DNA of 64,000 nucleotides from Octopus vulgaris (taxonomy: Eukaryota): assembly GCA_951406725.2 (NCBI GenBank), contig OX597820.1, forward strand, positions 118,234,001-118,298,000, read 5' to 3'. The position numbers and the translations under genes are program-made. Shown here piece after piece: positions 28,737 to 42,560 of the stretch. Numbering within the stretch: the first letter of the stretch is position 1; every line of letters begins with the position of its first letter. The notes beneath the pieces were generated by a model, which worked only from the letters and a program-made list of their open reading frames with translations, had not been told where the DNA came from and did not search any database.

Positions 28737-29102
28737 GGAAGCACTCCGTCGGTTACGACGACGAGGGCTCCGGTTGATCCGATCAGCGGAACAGCCTGCT
28801 CGTGAAATTAACGTGTAAGTGGCTGAGCACTCCACAGACACGTGTACCCTTAACGTAGTTCTCGGGGATATTCAGCATGACACAGAGAATGACAAGGCCG
28901 GCCCTTTGAAACAGGAAGTAAGGGTGAGAGAAAGTTGTGGTGAAAGAGTACAGCAGGGATCACCGCCATCCCTGCCGGAGCCTCGTGGAGCTTTTAGGTG
29001 TTTTCGCTCAATAAACACTCACAACGCCCGGTCTGGGAATCGAAACCGCGATCCTACGACCGCGAGTCCGCTGCCCTAACCACTGGGCCATTGCGCCTCC
29101 AC
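28737..29102 (-). mobile_element. SINE family A with a short internal deletion
   Basis: Matches the other copies; AGTTTGAA repeated on both flanks. Confidence 0.93.
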
Positions 29103-30052
29103 AGTTTGAAGAGGATAATATATTAAGTAGAAATGATAGAACCGTCGCTTACATCTTTTACTCGGTAGTTCATCAGCTTAGCTGTTAGCGCATCGGCCGA
29201 AATGTCTTGTGGTGTTGATTGCGTTCTTAGTTCAAATGCTGCGAAGGTCGACTTTGCCTTTCATACTACCAGGATTGATATGTATCAGTTTAATACAAGG
29301 AAGAGGAAAAGACGAAAAGTAATGAGTCTTGCATGAGTTTAGAAGCAGTTAGGTTTGGTAAGTAGAAAGAACAGCTTCTGATTACCATTCTATGGAAATG
29401 ATGTTGCACTTTCCGGGATAGGTCTTGAACAGGTTTATAGTTCAGATAGAATTTTATAGAACTTGTGTCTGCAAACAGTTACCTTCCCCGGGTTTCAATA
29501 GAGGAAAAATTATATTTTGAACTTCCACCAAAAAAAGAAGGAAAGACAAAGAAGATAACAAAATATATTCTATTGACTCTGGCGTGCGCAAGTTACAATG
29601 TCGTGTGTGGGGCAGCTCTTATCAGGATCGTCTAATGGAGGTCTTATGCTATATTGTTTTCATTGAGTCGCCAAAAGTGGACAGCGCCGTGTTTCCTCGT
29701 GAGGATTATGACCAAAATGTGTTTTGACACCTAGTGTACACTCTGTAGTAGTTGTTCGTTATAACATTGTACGGCAAATGTTAACGGAATTGTACTTGCA
29801 TAGAGAGCGTGTTCATCAGAGATCATGTGCTGGAACTAAAGCGATTATAGCATGGAAACACACGAAGAACGTCGACTGCAAATAAAGTTGTGTGTTTCTC
29901 TGAACAGCTTTCACACTGAAGTTGCATGAATACGTTGTTAGGTGCAATGGATTTAAAGTGAAGAAAACATTGCCTGGGAGGATTGCTTCAGTTGCACTTG
30001 GTGGTATTTATCAAGTTGTTATTCCTGCCATGGCTTATATAAGCCAGGCTGC

Positions 30053-31219
30053 GGTCAATATAAAGATCCTCACCCGGGGAAAACAAAAATTAACCAGTGA
30101 GTGGAAAAAATATGAAAAAATGTGCGTAGGAGTGGCTGTATGGTAAGTAGCTTGCTTACCAACCACATTGTTTCGGGTTCAGTCCCACTGCGTGGCACCT
30201 TGGGCAAGTTCCTTCTACTATAGCCTCGAGCCGACCAAAGCCTTGTCAGTGGATTTGGTAGACGGAAACTGAAAGAAGCCCGTCGTATATATATGTATGT
30301 ATATATGTATGTGTGTGTATATGTTTGTGTGTCTGTGTTTGTCCCCCCAACATCGCTTGATAACCGATGATGGTGTGTTTACGTCCCCGTAAATAAACGG
30401 TTCGTCAAAAGAGACCGATAGAATAAGTACTAGGCTTACAAAGAGTAAGTTCTGGGGGTCGATTTGCTCAACTAAAGGTGGTGCTCCAGCATGGCCACAG
30501 TCAAATGACTGTAAAAAGTAAAAGAGTAAAAGAGCTGACGACCATGGGGGTGGAGAGTGGACTTTCGGAAAATTCACAAGATCCGATTTTTCCGTCATAA
30601 ATTTGGGTAAAATGGATATATATTGATTTTTTTTTCATTGGAATCCCACGTTTTTGGTTATGGAGGATCCGATTCTGAAAAAATTTTTTTGAAAATTGCA
30701 TTTTCGAAATTTCATTGATATCGCAGTTTTGTGAGATTTGGCTGTTATTTCTAGCATGTGGATAGCTGGCTTGAAGGCCTGAGTTTTCGTTTTTTTTCCT
30801 GTTGAAAAACTGAAATTTTACAAATAATTTTATTCAGAATCGTAATCTTCGTATTTTTCTACGTATTTCATAAAAAAAGAAAAATTCCGGAAACAGTGAC
30901 AAATGAAGGTGTATGTGTGTGTGTGTGGAGGGGGAGGAGGGATTAAAATTTGGAAAATGCGATTTTTGAAAATTTTTTTTTCAGAATCGGATCCTCCATA
31001 ACCAAAAACATGGGATTCTGTAAAAAAAAAAATCAATATATATATCCAAGTTATGACGGGAAAAAATCGGATCTTGTGAATTTTCCGAAAGACCCCTTCC
31101 CACCCCCAGGTTCGTCAGTGCGCATTTTTTCCCCCCATATTCGTTTACCACACACTTGTTAACATACCCCAGGTGGGTTAATTTTTTTTTGTTCCCGAGT
31201 GAAGGTCTTTATATTGACC
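30053..31219. mobile_element. Non-autonomous foldback DNA transposon with long TIRs and an 8-bp TSD (Merlin- or MULE-like)
   Basis: Termini GGTCAATATAAAGA...TCTTTATATTGACC; TSD CAGGCTGC at 30045-30052 and 31220-31227; arms 30053-30125 plus 30535-30711 versus 30946-31219. Confidence 0.85.
30122..30534 (+). mobile_element. SINE family B nested in the left TIR of the foldback element
   Basis: Full head-to-tail match. Confidence 0.93.
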
Positions 31220-31377
31220 CAGGCTGCTTCGTTGGTGAAGCTGCTGTTCCTGTTGTTAGCTGGAATAGCAGGTCCCAGGCATGGTATTGTCAATTGGTCA
31301 TGCTATCGTTATTAATGCAATAATTATTAATGCAATAATTATTACAGTTCTTATTACTATAAATTTTGTTGTTATAA

Positions 31378-31815
31378 TAGCGGTGGGCTGGCAGGATTAC
31401 TAGCATTTCGGACAAATTGCTTAGCAGCCTTTCGTCCGTCTTTACGTTCTGAGTTCAAATTCCGCCCAGATCGAGATCGACTTTGCCTGTCATTATTTCG
31501 GAGTTAATAAATTAAGCACCAGTTAAGAACTAGGTCGATGTATCAACTTCCCACTTCCATCAGAACTACTGGCTTTCCATTCAGAGCAGAAGGGATTATT
31601 AAGGCTGCGAGCTGGCAGAATCGTTAGCGTGTTGGACAAAATTATTAGCGACAGTTCTGTCAAATCTTTATAGTCTGGGTTCAAATCTCGCCTTTCAAAA
31701 GGCCAAATTCGCTTTTCATCCTTTCAGGGTCGATAAAATAAGTACCAATAAAGTACTAGGTACTCCACTCACCCCTTTCACTCAAAACGGATGGCCTTGT
31801 GTCAAAATTAGAACA
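31378..31815 (+). mobile_element. Two diverged SINE family C copies in tandem
   Basis: Heads at about 31378 and 31602, each with CTGGCAG..TTAGC/CTAGC and GTTCAAAT, followed by the family C body. Confidence 0.7.
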
Positions 31816-31831
31816 ATTATAAGAGATGCAG

Positions 31832-32030
31832 TACGAAGCTTTGTCAGTGAACAGGTCATGGTCTCAAAGCGCTGAAAATATTTTGGCAAATTAAATTTAA
31901 ATGTTGAAGTGAATTTAACGGAGTTTGTGTGTTTCTTAAATGGCTTATAAACACCTTCCACGCTGGGATTGTTTTCGTTCCAGCACACGATCTCAGATCA
32001 AGTCACGCGCTATGCAAGTACATCTCCGTA
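31832..32030 (-). mobile_element. Probable DNA transposon terminal fragment or MITE
   Basis: The right end (TTCCAGCACACGATCTCAGAT..CTATGCAAGTACATCTCCGTA) is an inverted homologue of 29784-29855. Confidence 0.45.
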
Positions 32031-33026
32031 AAAGAACAATTATAATTATTGTAGTGTCCATTTATTTTAGCAATACTGTATGAAGTAATATCGGGTGCCA
32101 TAGCAGTTTTATACAGAGTGAGACAGTTACGGAATTACGGTTGAAGATCTTACTGTAGTTAAGATGGTGGGGAATGCTAGTTTAACAGAGTAAAGAATAT
32201 AGCAAATGGCTTAATAAATTCAAGGTTATGTGGTGGATTATACCACGTTATATTCTTCAGTATTTTCTTGTTTCTGTCGCTACGTACCCACGAAGCATCC
32301 GGTATATAGGATGTTCCTCAAATCTGTTGCATTTAAATGGGTTTGTTTTTGTAAGACGCTCGAAAATGTGATCATTATCATATATCATGTTGAGTCACCA
32401 AGCTCATGAAGATTCAGCACATTATATTTAATTTAATTTTGGTTATAGATCAAGGGAGGTTAGAGTGTTTATTGATGAAATGCAGCTTCTTTCATTAGCT
32501 TTTATACATGGGTAACACAAGTCGTTATCTAAATCTCGGGTTAAATCCAATAATTTTTTACTTTGACTTTAGAATCTAAAGCGATTTGAAACCCCTGTTC
32601 TCTGTGGAATTGGTGGAAGTCTTTCCTAATACTGTCTAAACCGTTATTGTTACGATTAGTAACAGTAATTAATTCAGAAAAAAAATCCATATGTATAACC
32701 TAAAATATCCAGTATTAGAGCTAATGGACAAATTTTAGCGAACGCAAGTTATAAATTATGAGCATTACATGATAAGCTCATCCATCAAACATATCGAGCA
32801 TGAATCACTGCACAAACCCTAAAATTAGCTCAATAGTTGATTCACACGCACGCATACACAGACACACACACAGACACACACACACACACATACACACACA
32901 CTTACAGACACACACATGTGTTTGTCTGTGTATATGTATATATATATGTATATGTATATATATATATTTGCATCGGCATATATATATATTCAAACACATT
33001 AACCCTCACACACAAATGTATATATT

Positions 33027-33058
<32 letters not shown>

Positions 33059-33066
33059 ATATACAA

Positions 33067-33099
<33 letters not shown>

Positions 33100-33132
33100 G
33101 ACACACGCACATGTATGTATGTGTGCGTACGC

Positions 33133-33167
<35 letters not shown>

Positions 33168-33701
33168 TGTATATATATATGCATGTATATATATATATAT
33201 GCATGTATATATATATGCATGTATATATGTATGTATGCATATATAAATGAAATTAGCCGGAAAGACTAGTGAACAGGAGATAATCTGCATACATATCTGC
33301 CTGGACGTAATAATATTTCGGCCGAATGGACAAATGGCAAATCAACACTATTTTAAATTCACATTTACTGATAAAGTTTTGTTTTAAGAAAGTTAAGAAT
33401 ATTTAAGCGAATGAAATTCTAATAGAATCCGTTAGTCCCCGGCTGAAGAGACCAATGTCTGTGGCGTAATATTCTGTTGTCCATTTGGCGGAAAAGTCAT
33501 AACATCTGATGTAATATGTAAATTATCATATTATATCTCTTCACTAATTTTTCGGTTCATCTCCTTTATTTAATATACGAAGCAGACACATTTAGCCCTC
33601 GTTTTCGTATAACAATGTCTGTACATCCCATACGATTTGTAACCCATTTGTAACATATGTTGAATGATGGGTCTATTTGTATTTAAATATGCTGGAGAAC
33701 A

Positions 33702-33850
33702 TTCCAGAAAGGAGACATTGTTGGGGCGCCGATGGTTGGTGCTTCAGTCACTAAAACTGTTGAGGTGTTTTATGTTTGGAAAGATACAGTTTCTAAAAAT
33801 CATGATGGCATTCTAAAACCAAGATAAAACCAGTTTTCGCCAGCACAATG
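33702..33850 (+). mobile_element. Tc1-family transposase N-terminal (HTH) pseudogenic fragment
   Basis: FQKGDIVGAPMVGASVTKTVEVFYVWKDTVSK, then frameshifted IMMAF*NQDKTS; resembles the Tc1 FQRGQIVGAR.AGASVTKTA..VS..TVSKVM pattern. Confidence 0.7.
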
Positions 33851-33998
33851 GGATTTGTGCTTTCGGTATTCTGTGAACACGACGTTAAGAATGTGACAAA
33901 AGAAAAAAGAAAAAAAAGAAAAGGTCTAAAATGTCATTTTTGTAAGAAAAACATGTTTAAAAGAAAACCTATGTCCCATATCTCTCTCTCCCTCCTAT

Positions 33999-34291
<293 letters not shown>

Positions 34292-34352
34292 GTATGCATG
34301 TATTTACATAGATATACATGCATATATGTATGTATACAGACAGACACACAGA

Positions 34353-34393
<41 letters not shown>

Positions 34394-34713
34394 GTCTCAT
34401 CTTTTTGTACACATATAAGACACCATTGTCCAATGTATCCATTGCTAACATTTAAAGAAAGAAATTTATAACAAAGTGAAATAACAAAGAGAGAAGAGAG
34501 AGAAGAGAGATAGAAAGGAGGAAATACAGAGCGAAATGCTTTAAAACATTTTATGACTTACGAACGTTCATAAAGAAATAAGCAAAATTTATAAAATAGC
34601 GAAATAATAAAGAATTCTGATTTGTTCAACTTACAGCACTAGATGAATAATATTTCGTTCGTTTCTTTAAGCTTATTATTGCTTTAACAATAATGTTTTG
34701 ACAGCGAAAATTA

Positions 34714-34840
34714 GATTGGCAGGCGGAAGTGACAAAGAATTGAAACTAAATTTAAAGATGGCGGCAGGAAGCGGGAGATGTGATCGCAGTGAATTGGAAT
34801 ATTACATAATGTGGTGTAGCTTTTGAGTGAAGAAGATGGC
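34714..34840 (+). promoter_or_regulatory. Candidate promoter-like motif cluster (inverted CCAAT, ETS, YY1)
   Basis: GATTGG 34714, CGGAAGTG 34724, AAGATGGCGGC 34755 and a second AAGATGGC 34833 in apparently unique sequence; motif matches only. Confidence 0.3.
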
Positions 34841-34973
34841 ATTGAAAACGGACAATAAAAGCGCAATTTTATTAAGATATTTTAAAAGTGGAATGGTGGA
34901 TTGATCCAAAGGGATGTTGTTTGGTCATACGCATACATACATACATACATACATACATACATACATACATACA

Positions 34974-35007
<34 letters not shown>

Positions 35008-35147
35008 AAGAAGAAAACAGATGCACACATACATTCAAACATACATATATGCCTGCTTGCATACATATATATATACATATATTATATATGATATAAAATC
35101 TATCTTTCTATCTATATTTATACATACATATATACATACACACACAC

Positions 35148-35235
<88 letters not shown>

Positions 35236-36479
35236 TATTCACACATGCTAATGCATATGCATATATATAAATATATACACACATATATATGTATATATAT
35301 ATGTATATTTATATATGTATGTTTACTTGCGTGTATATATGCATAAACAATAGGTAAGACAATGTCAAAAAGATATAATATAACAGATATATATGGTAAG
35401 CCTAAAACCCGGCGTTGGGCGAAGGGATAGGGGAACCACAAAGATAAGAGTTGCTTACAAGCAATGCACTAGTCGAGTTGATGCAGGTAATAAAGTTTGA
35501 ATGAGCAGTTGCAGCACATCAAATTATTGATTAGATATTTACACAGAAGTGAGTGTAGAAATATATAAATTTAGCGGAAATAAACCAAGAGAATCCAGAA
35601 GTGACAATTCCCACTGATTCAGCGTAGACAGGTACAAATGCAGGAAACCCATGCAGTGACGTAACTGATGACATAAAGTAAAATTCTAGTGGCCCTATAT
35701 GTTGGTTCAACATAGATAGGCAAATCCTATGCATGGGGTCACCAGTAATAACCTCGTAAGTAATGGAAAACAAATTGCTGGTAGATCTTTACAGCTGTTT
35801 CAGGGTTCAGTGTAGGAGATCATAAGAATTTGTTATGCGTATTATATCTCTCTATTTAATACAGATTGGTACAAATTACTGTGTATGAAGCTGCACAGAT
35901 GCCCCCTTTTTTACTAACAATAAAGTATCTCTAGATTTGTGTTTATAAGCCTTAAAAACAAATTTTATTGAAAGTTTTCGTAAAGAACAGTTATTCAGAG
36001 GAACGAAATAGTTGAGAAATTTGGAATTCTTTGTTATCGCCAGTGTTTGTCGCAATAGTCGCTTGAAAATTATCCGCAGAATTATTTTAGTTACCTAGGT
36101 GTCTTCCCCACCCGATTCGTTGGTACTTTCGTTCTCCTATGTTTTTAATTGTAGAATTAGATATGTAGTTTGTGTTGTGTAAACAACACAACAGTGTGTT
36201 TATGCTGTCGCGTAGAACGAGTGTTTAGGGTATCTACGCTTTTGTGTATCGAATGAAATATTTCAGTCTTTCTAGAGATCTCGGGATATATAAGCTAAGC
36301 GCTTTATGGACGTGAAACCCAGGGTATCCCCATAGAGCAGCCATGATTATCTTTAATCACTCTATCGCTCTAAACTTAGAATGTGCTTCTCTTTCGGATT
36401 TATGATTTAACGACGATGTATGTATGTATGTATGTATGTATGTATGTATGTATGTATGCATGTATGTATGTATGTATGT

Positions 36480-36735
36480 CTCTTCTCTTTTTTAAAATTA
36501 TTATAAATATTCCACTGAGGAGGGAGCCGGTTTCCAACAAAGATACTAGGCTCCATCTTTGGGAAGTAGTTAACACAGACAAATTCACATTTGGAACTTG
36601 AGAAAAGTCTTGCACATTTTTACTCTTCCACTCACAGATTGGAATTGTAATGTACGAATTAGCCGGTCAAATTCTCTTTCTGAAAATCCTTGGTTATCCA
36701 GATTCTTCTTGAAACATTTACTAACAAAACCTAAA
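36480..36735 (-). mobile_element. 3' fragment of an RLE-type LINE inside a (TATG)n array
   Basis: LGFVSKCFKKNLDNQGFSEREFDRLIRTLQFQSVSGRVKMCKTFLKFQM*; 3'UTR stem GGAGCC/GGCTCC; (TATG)n on both sides. Confidence 0.8.
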
Positions 36736-37027
36736 TGTATGTATGTATGTATGTATGTATGTATGTATGTATGTATGTATGTATGTATGTATGCATGTAT
36801 GTATGTATGTATTTATGTATGTATGTATGTATGTATGTATGTATGTATGTATGTATGTATGTATGTATGTATGTATGTATGTATGTATGTATTTATGTAT
36901 GTATGTATGTATGTATGTATGTATGCATGTATGTATGCATGTATGTATGTATGTATGTATGTATGTATGTATGTATATATGTATGTATGTATGTGAGTGT
37001 GTGCGTGCGTGCATCTGTGTGTGTGTG

Positions 37028-37096
<69 letters not shown>
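36736..37096. repeat. (TATG)n followed by (TG)n
   Basis: Directly visible. Confidence 0.96.
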
Positions 37097-37097
<1 letters not shown>

Positions 37098-37112
37098 TAT
37101 ATATGTATATGT

Positions 37113-37395
37113 ACTTCAGTCATTAGACTGCAGCCGTACTGATGCACTGCTTTGACGGACTTAGTCGAACAAACCCACCCCAGTAAAATCTGGTTCTTCT
37201 ACGGCCTTCGCAAAGACACACTCAAATACATAGACATGTATTCTATACAACGAACTTCCACATTGTTTCCGTCCATCAAATTCCCTCACAAGGCGGTGGT
37301 CAGCTGGGAACCGTAGTAGAAGTCCTTTGCCCGAGGTGATGTGCGGTGAGTCTGAACCTGAAACCTACGCGGTTGCAAGGAGACCGCCTTAATTA
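37113..37395 (-). mobile_element. Highly diverged SINE family B relative
   Basis: TTCAGTCATTAGACTGCAGCC...TTTCCGTCCATCAAATTCCCTCACAAGGC...CTGAACCTGAAACC. Confidence 0.6.
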
Positions 37396-38899
37396 CATCG
37401 TTTTGAAGAAATTCCCCGAATTTTGTGAATAGATTTCAATCTTTTAGTTTTAGATTAAATTGACGATTATATTGCTGGGTTGTTTATACCCTAAGCACTA
37501 TGGCTAAATGCTTTGGGTATTCGACTCACAACCGTAAAGTTGTGAGTTCAATTCCCAACAGCGCGTTGTGTTCTTGAGCAAGACACTTTATTTCGTACCG
37601 ATATTTGAAACAAGATTATTTGCCATGAAAGATGCCCTCACTGATAAAGTATATATCACAGTTTAATCCTTATCGTTTACGTTTTTGCTTTGGGTTTCAT
37701 TCTAGGCAGTAAAATCCTTTTCTCCCCTTCCTTTGTCCTTAAGACAGACACTTGCCTTTGAAATAACTGCTAATATATCTGATTGATTAGTGCTGACGCC
37801 AATACCTTCTAGAAGAAAAGAACACTTGCATAACTTTGCTAGTCATGTGTATTTTAACATGTTTAAATGGCTACTCCACTTCAAAACATTTTATCCATCC
37901 TGTTAGTTGCTGCGTCGAAATCTTGTTATTTTATTTATGAAAATATTCTGCTATGTGCGTGCATATGACATGAAGATGTTTTGCTTGGTGAGTTGGGATT
38001 TTGTCTATTCTAGCTGACTTTCTGTTGCCTTTTAATATTAGAATCGATTATATCTTCCACTCTAATATCTGACCATTTTTCTGGCTCGATTTTCTTTCCT
38101 TTCACTGATTATTTAATTTTCTTACAATTTTTATTTTAAAATTCAATATTTATTCCAAACACTTCCTACTTGCCTACAGGCTTTCTATACTTATGACGCT
38201 CTTGTTTAATTCTCTATAAATTTTTGCTTCAAGCGTTTGCTATTTTCCTCTTTATTACTGAATTTTTATATTATTTATATATTTTTATGAACAATTCTTC
38301 ATCCTTAATTTTAAATCTATTATGCCTTGTTTTCTTTCTTAACAAACGTCTTTATATTCAATTTATATTTCTCACATTATTGCCAGATCTTCATCAATTG
38401 ACGCCCCGTTTCGAGCCTTCTTTCACTGTAATTTCACGTAATTTCCTCTCATCATCTTAAAAGTATTTTATCTTTTATCTTTTACTTTAGACTGCGGCCA
38501 TGCTGGGGCACGCCTTGAAGTATCTTTCGTCGAATGAATTTTTTCTTTTAAACCTGGTACTTAGCCGAATTTGTAGCAGCCTTGGCTTCCAAGTGTTTGC
38601 TTTAGACTTAGTTCCTATGTGGAACAGACGTGTTCAATGTAAGCTTTATTTTTTCGTGGGATTTTGACTACTGTTTTGACTACTGTGTCCAGTAGACCAA
38701 GTCACTAGACAAAGGATCTGTCGTTGCTTTGTTTTCAGAGTTGCTGAACATGTTTAAACTGATGTTTATTTCCAGACAATCTTACTTCATCTTGTTTGGG
38801 GGTCTTAGACACAACGTCTCTTCGGTTTGTTTCAGGGGATACACATACATATACTAGCTCATATATGTATGTATGTAAATGGATGAAAGACCATTTCTG

Positions 38900-39123
38900 A
38901 GCCACCGGCTCATGAGGATGGTTCTCGGATTCTGTGGAGTGTATGTTCTCCATTTCCCATTGGACGGGACACAGGTACGTCGCAGTATTGCTAAAGTTAG
39001 CAGCTGAGTGGACTGGGGTAAAGTAAAATGAAATATTTTGCTTAAGAACGCAACTCATCATCCGGGTCTGGAATATTACAATCATGAGAACAACACCCTA
39101 ACCACTAAGCCACGCATCTTCAC
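38900..39123 (-). mobile_element. Old tRNA-derived SINE
   Basis: Head GTGGCTTAGTGGTTAGGGTGTTG; the tail resembles that of the copy at 55406 (GGACGGGACAC.GGT.CGTCGCAG). Confidence 0.55.
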
Positions 39124-39169
39124 CATCTCACACGCACACATGTGTGCGTGTGTGTTTATGTCTCGACCC

Positions 39170-39615
39170 TTAGGAGTCATGTGGCGAAAGAGGTTGAAAT
39201 ATGGTGGGCGAAGCTGAAAGGACCAAAAAAAGACTCTTTGCTCTTCCGTAAAACTCACAAGACGTTTTAAAGTTCCACTTGGAAGGAAAAGCGAGGGTAG
39301 AGAGGAAAGTGCTGCCACCTCCCGGTGAATTTCTGAAAATGGTTAGAGTGAATGGCTTTACTCCAAGTAAGCACCAGTAGATTGGAGAGTATGGGAACGG
39401 GTTGGTCAGGGTAATCCTAGATCTGTAGAGTTCCTTCATTGACACTAGATTTTTATCTGAATAAGGAGGACTACATCGTTCACGTTACCTGTTGAAGCGT
39501 TTCCTTATCTTTTCCAATTCTCTCCCGCCATCCTGAATGTAACTTCGCACACAAATTGCTGTCTGTCTTTGCGATGTCTCTCCTAACCTATGCTCCTGTG
39601 TCTAATTAAAGAAAT
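39170..39615 (+). mobile_element. Decayed L1/Tx1-like LINE 3' end
   Basis: VAKEVEIWWAKLKG..KFHLEGKARVERKVL; ends in ATTAAAGAAA followed by (TTC)n. Confidence 0.4.
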
Positions 39616-39640
39616 TCTTCTTCTTCTTCTTCTTCTTCTT

Positions 39641-39671
<31 letters not shown>

Positions 39672-39695
39672 TTCTTCTTCTTCTTCTTATTATTA

Positions 39696-39774
<79 letters not shown>

Positions 39775-39777
39775 CAA

Positions 39778-40244
39778 TTGAGTGAGAGAGCAGTGCCTGG
39801 CATCAAAGTGTAATTGAGGTAAAATATACGAAGCCCAGTATACCCATCATGATTACCCGTCCGATAAGTGTACACCAAGCACATACATCACAACCATATG
39901 TGCACGACATGAGGATCTCATATCAAGATAAACAGCGCATGACCTTGCAGGTGGGAGCCTGTTAGAATTTTCTTCTGGTCGAGTAGCCCATCCCGCTCAA
40001 AAGGTGCCTGAATAAGGGTTGTTTAAGGATGTTGAACGAAACGCCCATGTTTCCAGAGGTGAATTATTCAAACCCCAAAGAATCCCTCTTAACACATGGC
40101 TTTGTGATCAGAGATGCACATATCGTCAGCCACTAAGAGACATGCTCAACTGGTTAAGGTCAAACAAGTGACAAGCAAATCTGTGGTATTGAGCAGAATA
40201 TTTGCTGTAGCTCATCTTTTATACCAAGACAAAACTATGTACAT
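39778..40244 (-). mobile_element. (TAA)n-associated non-coding element (family F), truncated copy 1
   Basis: Close homologue of 40263-40704 and 45244-45806; flanked by (TTA)n. Confidence 0.88.
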
Positions 40245-40262
40245 ATATTATTATTATCATTA

Positions 40263-40704
40263 TTGAGTGAGAGAGCAGTGAATGCCATCAAAGTGACACT
40301 GGGGTACAAATATACCAAGCCCAGTATACCCATCATGACTACCCGTCTGATAAGGGTACACCAGGCACATGCATCACAACCATATGTGCGTGACATGGTG
40401 ATCTCATACCAAGATAAACAGCACATGACCTTGCAGGTGGGGCCCAGTTAGAATTTTCTTCAGGTTGAGTAACCCATCCCGCTCAAAAGGTCCCTGAATA
40501 AGGGTTGTTTAAGGACGTTGAACGAAACACCCATGTTTCCAGAGGTGAATTATTCAAACCCCAAAGAATCCTTCTCAACACATGGCTATGATGCTCCCCC
40601 ACTACTTCTGCTCGTGATCAGAGATGCACATATCGTCAGCCACTAAGGGACATGCTCAACTGGTTAAGGTCAAACAACTGACAAGCAAATCTGTGGTATT
40701 GAGC
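40263..40704 (-). mobile_element. Family F element, truncated copy 2
   Basis: Same fixed end (..CTCTCTCACTCAAT) and a different truncation point; (TTA)n on both sides. Confidence 0.88.
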
Positions 40705-40712
40705 TATTATTA

Positions 40713-40877
<165 letters not shown>

Positions 40878-41969
40878 GTTGTTGTTGTTGTTGTTGTTAT
40901 TGTTATTGTTGGTGTTGTTGTTGTTGTTGTTATTGTTACTATTATTAACTAACCGCTGTATTTCTGTTTTGATGTTTTTTTCTCTCCAGCGAAGGTTAAT
41001 CGGGTGTTATTTTAAAAATATCCTCTCATACGTTCGATAATTTCATGTTGTTTATTTATAGACGAGGATTGGGACGTATTTTTCACTTCACCAGATTTGA
41101 TAAGTTTATTCTGTTTTGTTGCTCGAGGGATTTCATTTGCCAAGTAAAACAAGGCTTTTGTAACCTCTAAGTACTCGGTTTTGTTGTATTTTTGTCTCTC
41201 ATATTTATTTTTAATTAATTTTTTGACTTAGCGGCAGACTAACAATTTCTACTTCACTGTTTTTCTTCGCCCGGTTAACTTCTATCGCCATGTTGCTTCC
41301 GTATTTAAATTTTTGATCCCATAGATCACTTGAAGTGCGTTGCCACTAAACCTGATATACAACTTAATTAATTAAATTAATTATATTGGTTTAATTAATT
41401 ATGTCTAGTTCTTTCGAAAAGGTTAGAAGTTTCTCCGAGCTCAAGAGTTGCTATTTATCTCACAAACGATGAAGATAGAGTAACAGAAACGAATGAACTT
41501 GGCGTAAACAAACAATATTTTGCAATAAAATTCTGCTCGCGGCTAATGATATCAATATCAATCATAATCTTTTTCAAAGATAAATTCTGATTAAATAAAG
41601 GAAAATTTGTGAAACTACATTATTCTAACACATTGCTACGATATAACATATGTTTTTATTAAAAATAGTTTCTCTGTTTTTATTAAAAATAGTTTATTTA
41701 TTGCTGCAACATTTTTAGTGAAGTAAAATTATATTTTCATATTCCACCGGAATTAACTAACTTTGCCTTTCCTCATTCTAGATTAGAGTTTATGAAATGA
41801 ATACCAGTTCAATGCTGGGGTCAAATTAATCAACAACATCTCTTTCTAACAATCTATTGTTTTGTGTCTATTAACAATCATTGTCTCTAATTTATTTTCT
41901 CTTTCATTTAGTGTTATTGTCTTACTTTTATGTGCGCCATTTTCGCCTGTTGATTCAGTCAGGATCGGG

Positions 41970-42190
41970 TGGGTGTGTGTGACTTAGTGGTTAGTGTATT
42001 GCAATCACAATCACACGATCCTGGTTTCAATTCTCAGACCGGACAGACCGGACAGACCGGACTTGCACTGAGCAAAGCACTTCACGTTGTTCAATCCCCT
42101 TGCAATGGACTGACGCTCTGTTCTGCAGGGAATGTGATCTTGGTCCCTTATACATCTAAGAAACCAGGTAACCAGCCCTTTCAATGTTAG
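41970..42190 (+). mobile_element. Old tRNA-derived SINE
   Basis: GTGACTTAGTGGTTAG..GGTTTCAATTCTCAGACCGG with a triplicated CAGACCGGA; tail TGCAATGGACTG..AAGAAACCAGG. Confidence 0.55.
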
Positions 42191-42560
42191 GACACGAGAT
42201 AGTAATGTCCAGGGCTAAACTTTACTTTTGCCTTTCCTGTGCCAGTTATTAATATTTTGCTGGTCTTTTATCTTCTCTGCGTCTTGTGCACAAGTTCTGG
42301 GATTCGGGCTATATATTTGCTAATTATGATTAGACCTGACGTTTTTACCACGGATGTTAGGTTTATCATTCGTTATTTGGTCGTCTGTTTATATGCCAAT
42401 CCACGGACATAACAGCATTTCTATATAGTCATGTTTCTATGAAAAGTAGAGTTTCCCTATTAGTGTCACGGACCATATTCATGGTCAGTTGGATGTAAAG
42501 CAGTTTTTCTATTATTGTGTATTTAAATATATTTTGTCTCAGTATATAATGTGGTACCTA

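Noticed and set aside
33255-33556. Degenerate inverted repeat with CTGAAGAG at 33443
   Set aside because: The arms are too diverged to classify and the hammerhead cannot be closed.
35785-35830. TACAGCTGTTTC, a hammerhead 3' half on the minus strand
   Set aside because: No intact CTGANGA or pairing stem II nearby.
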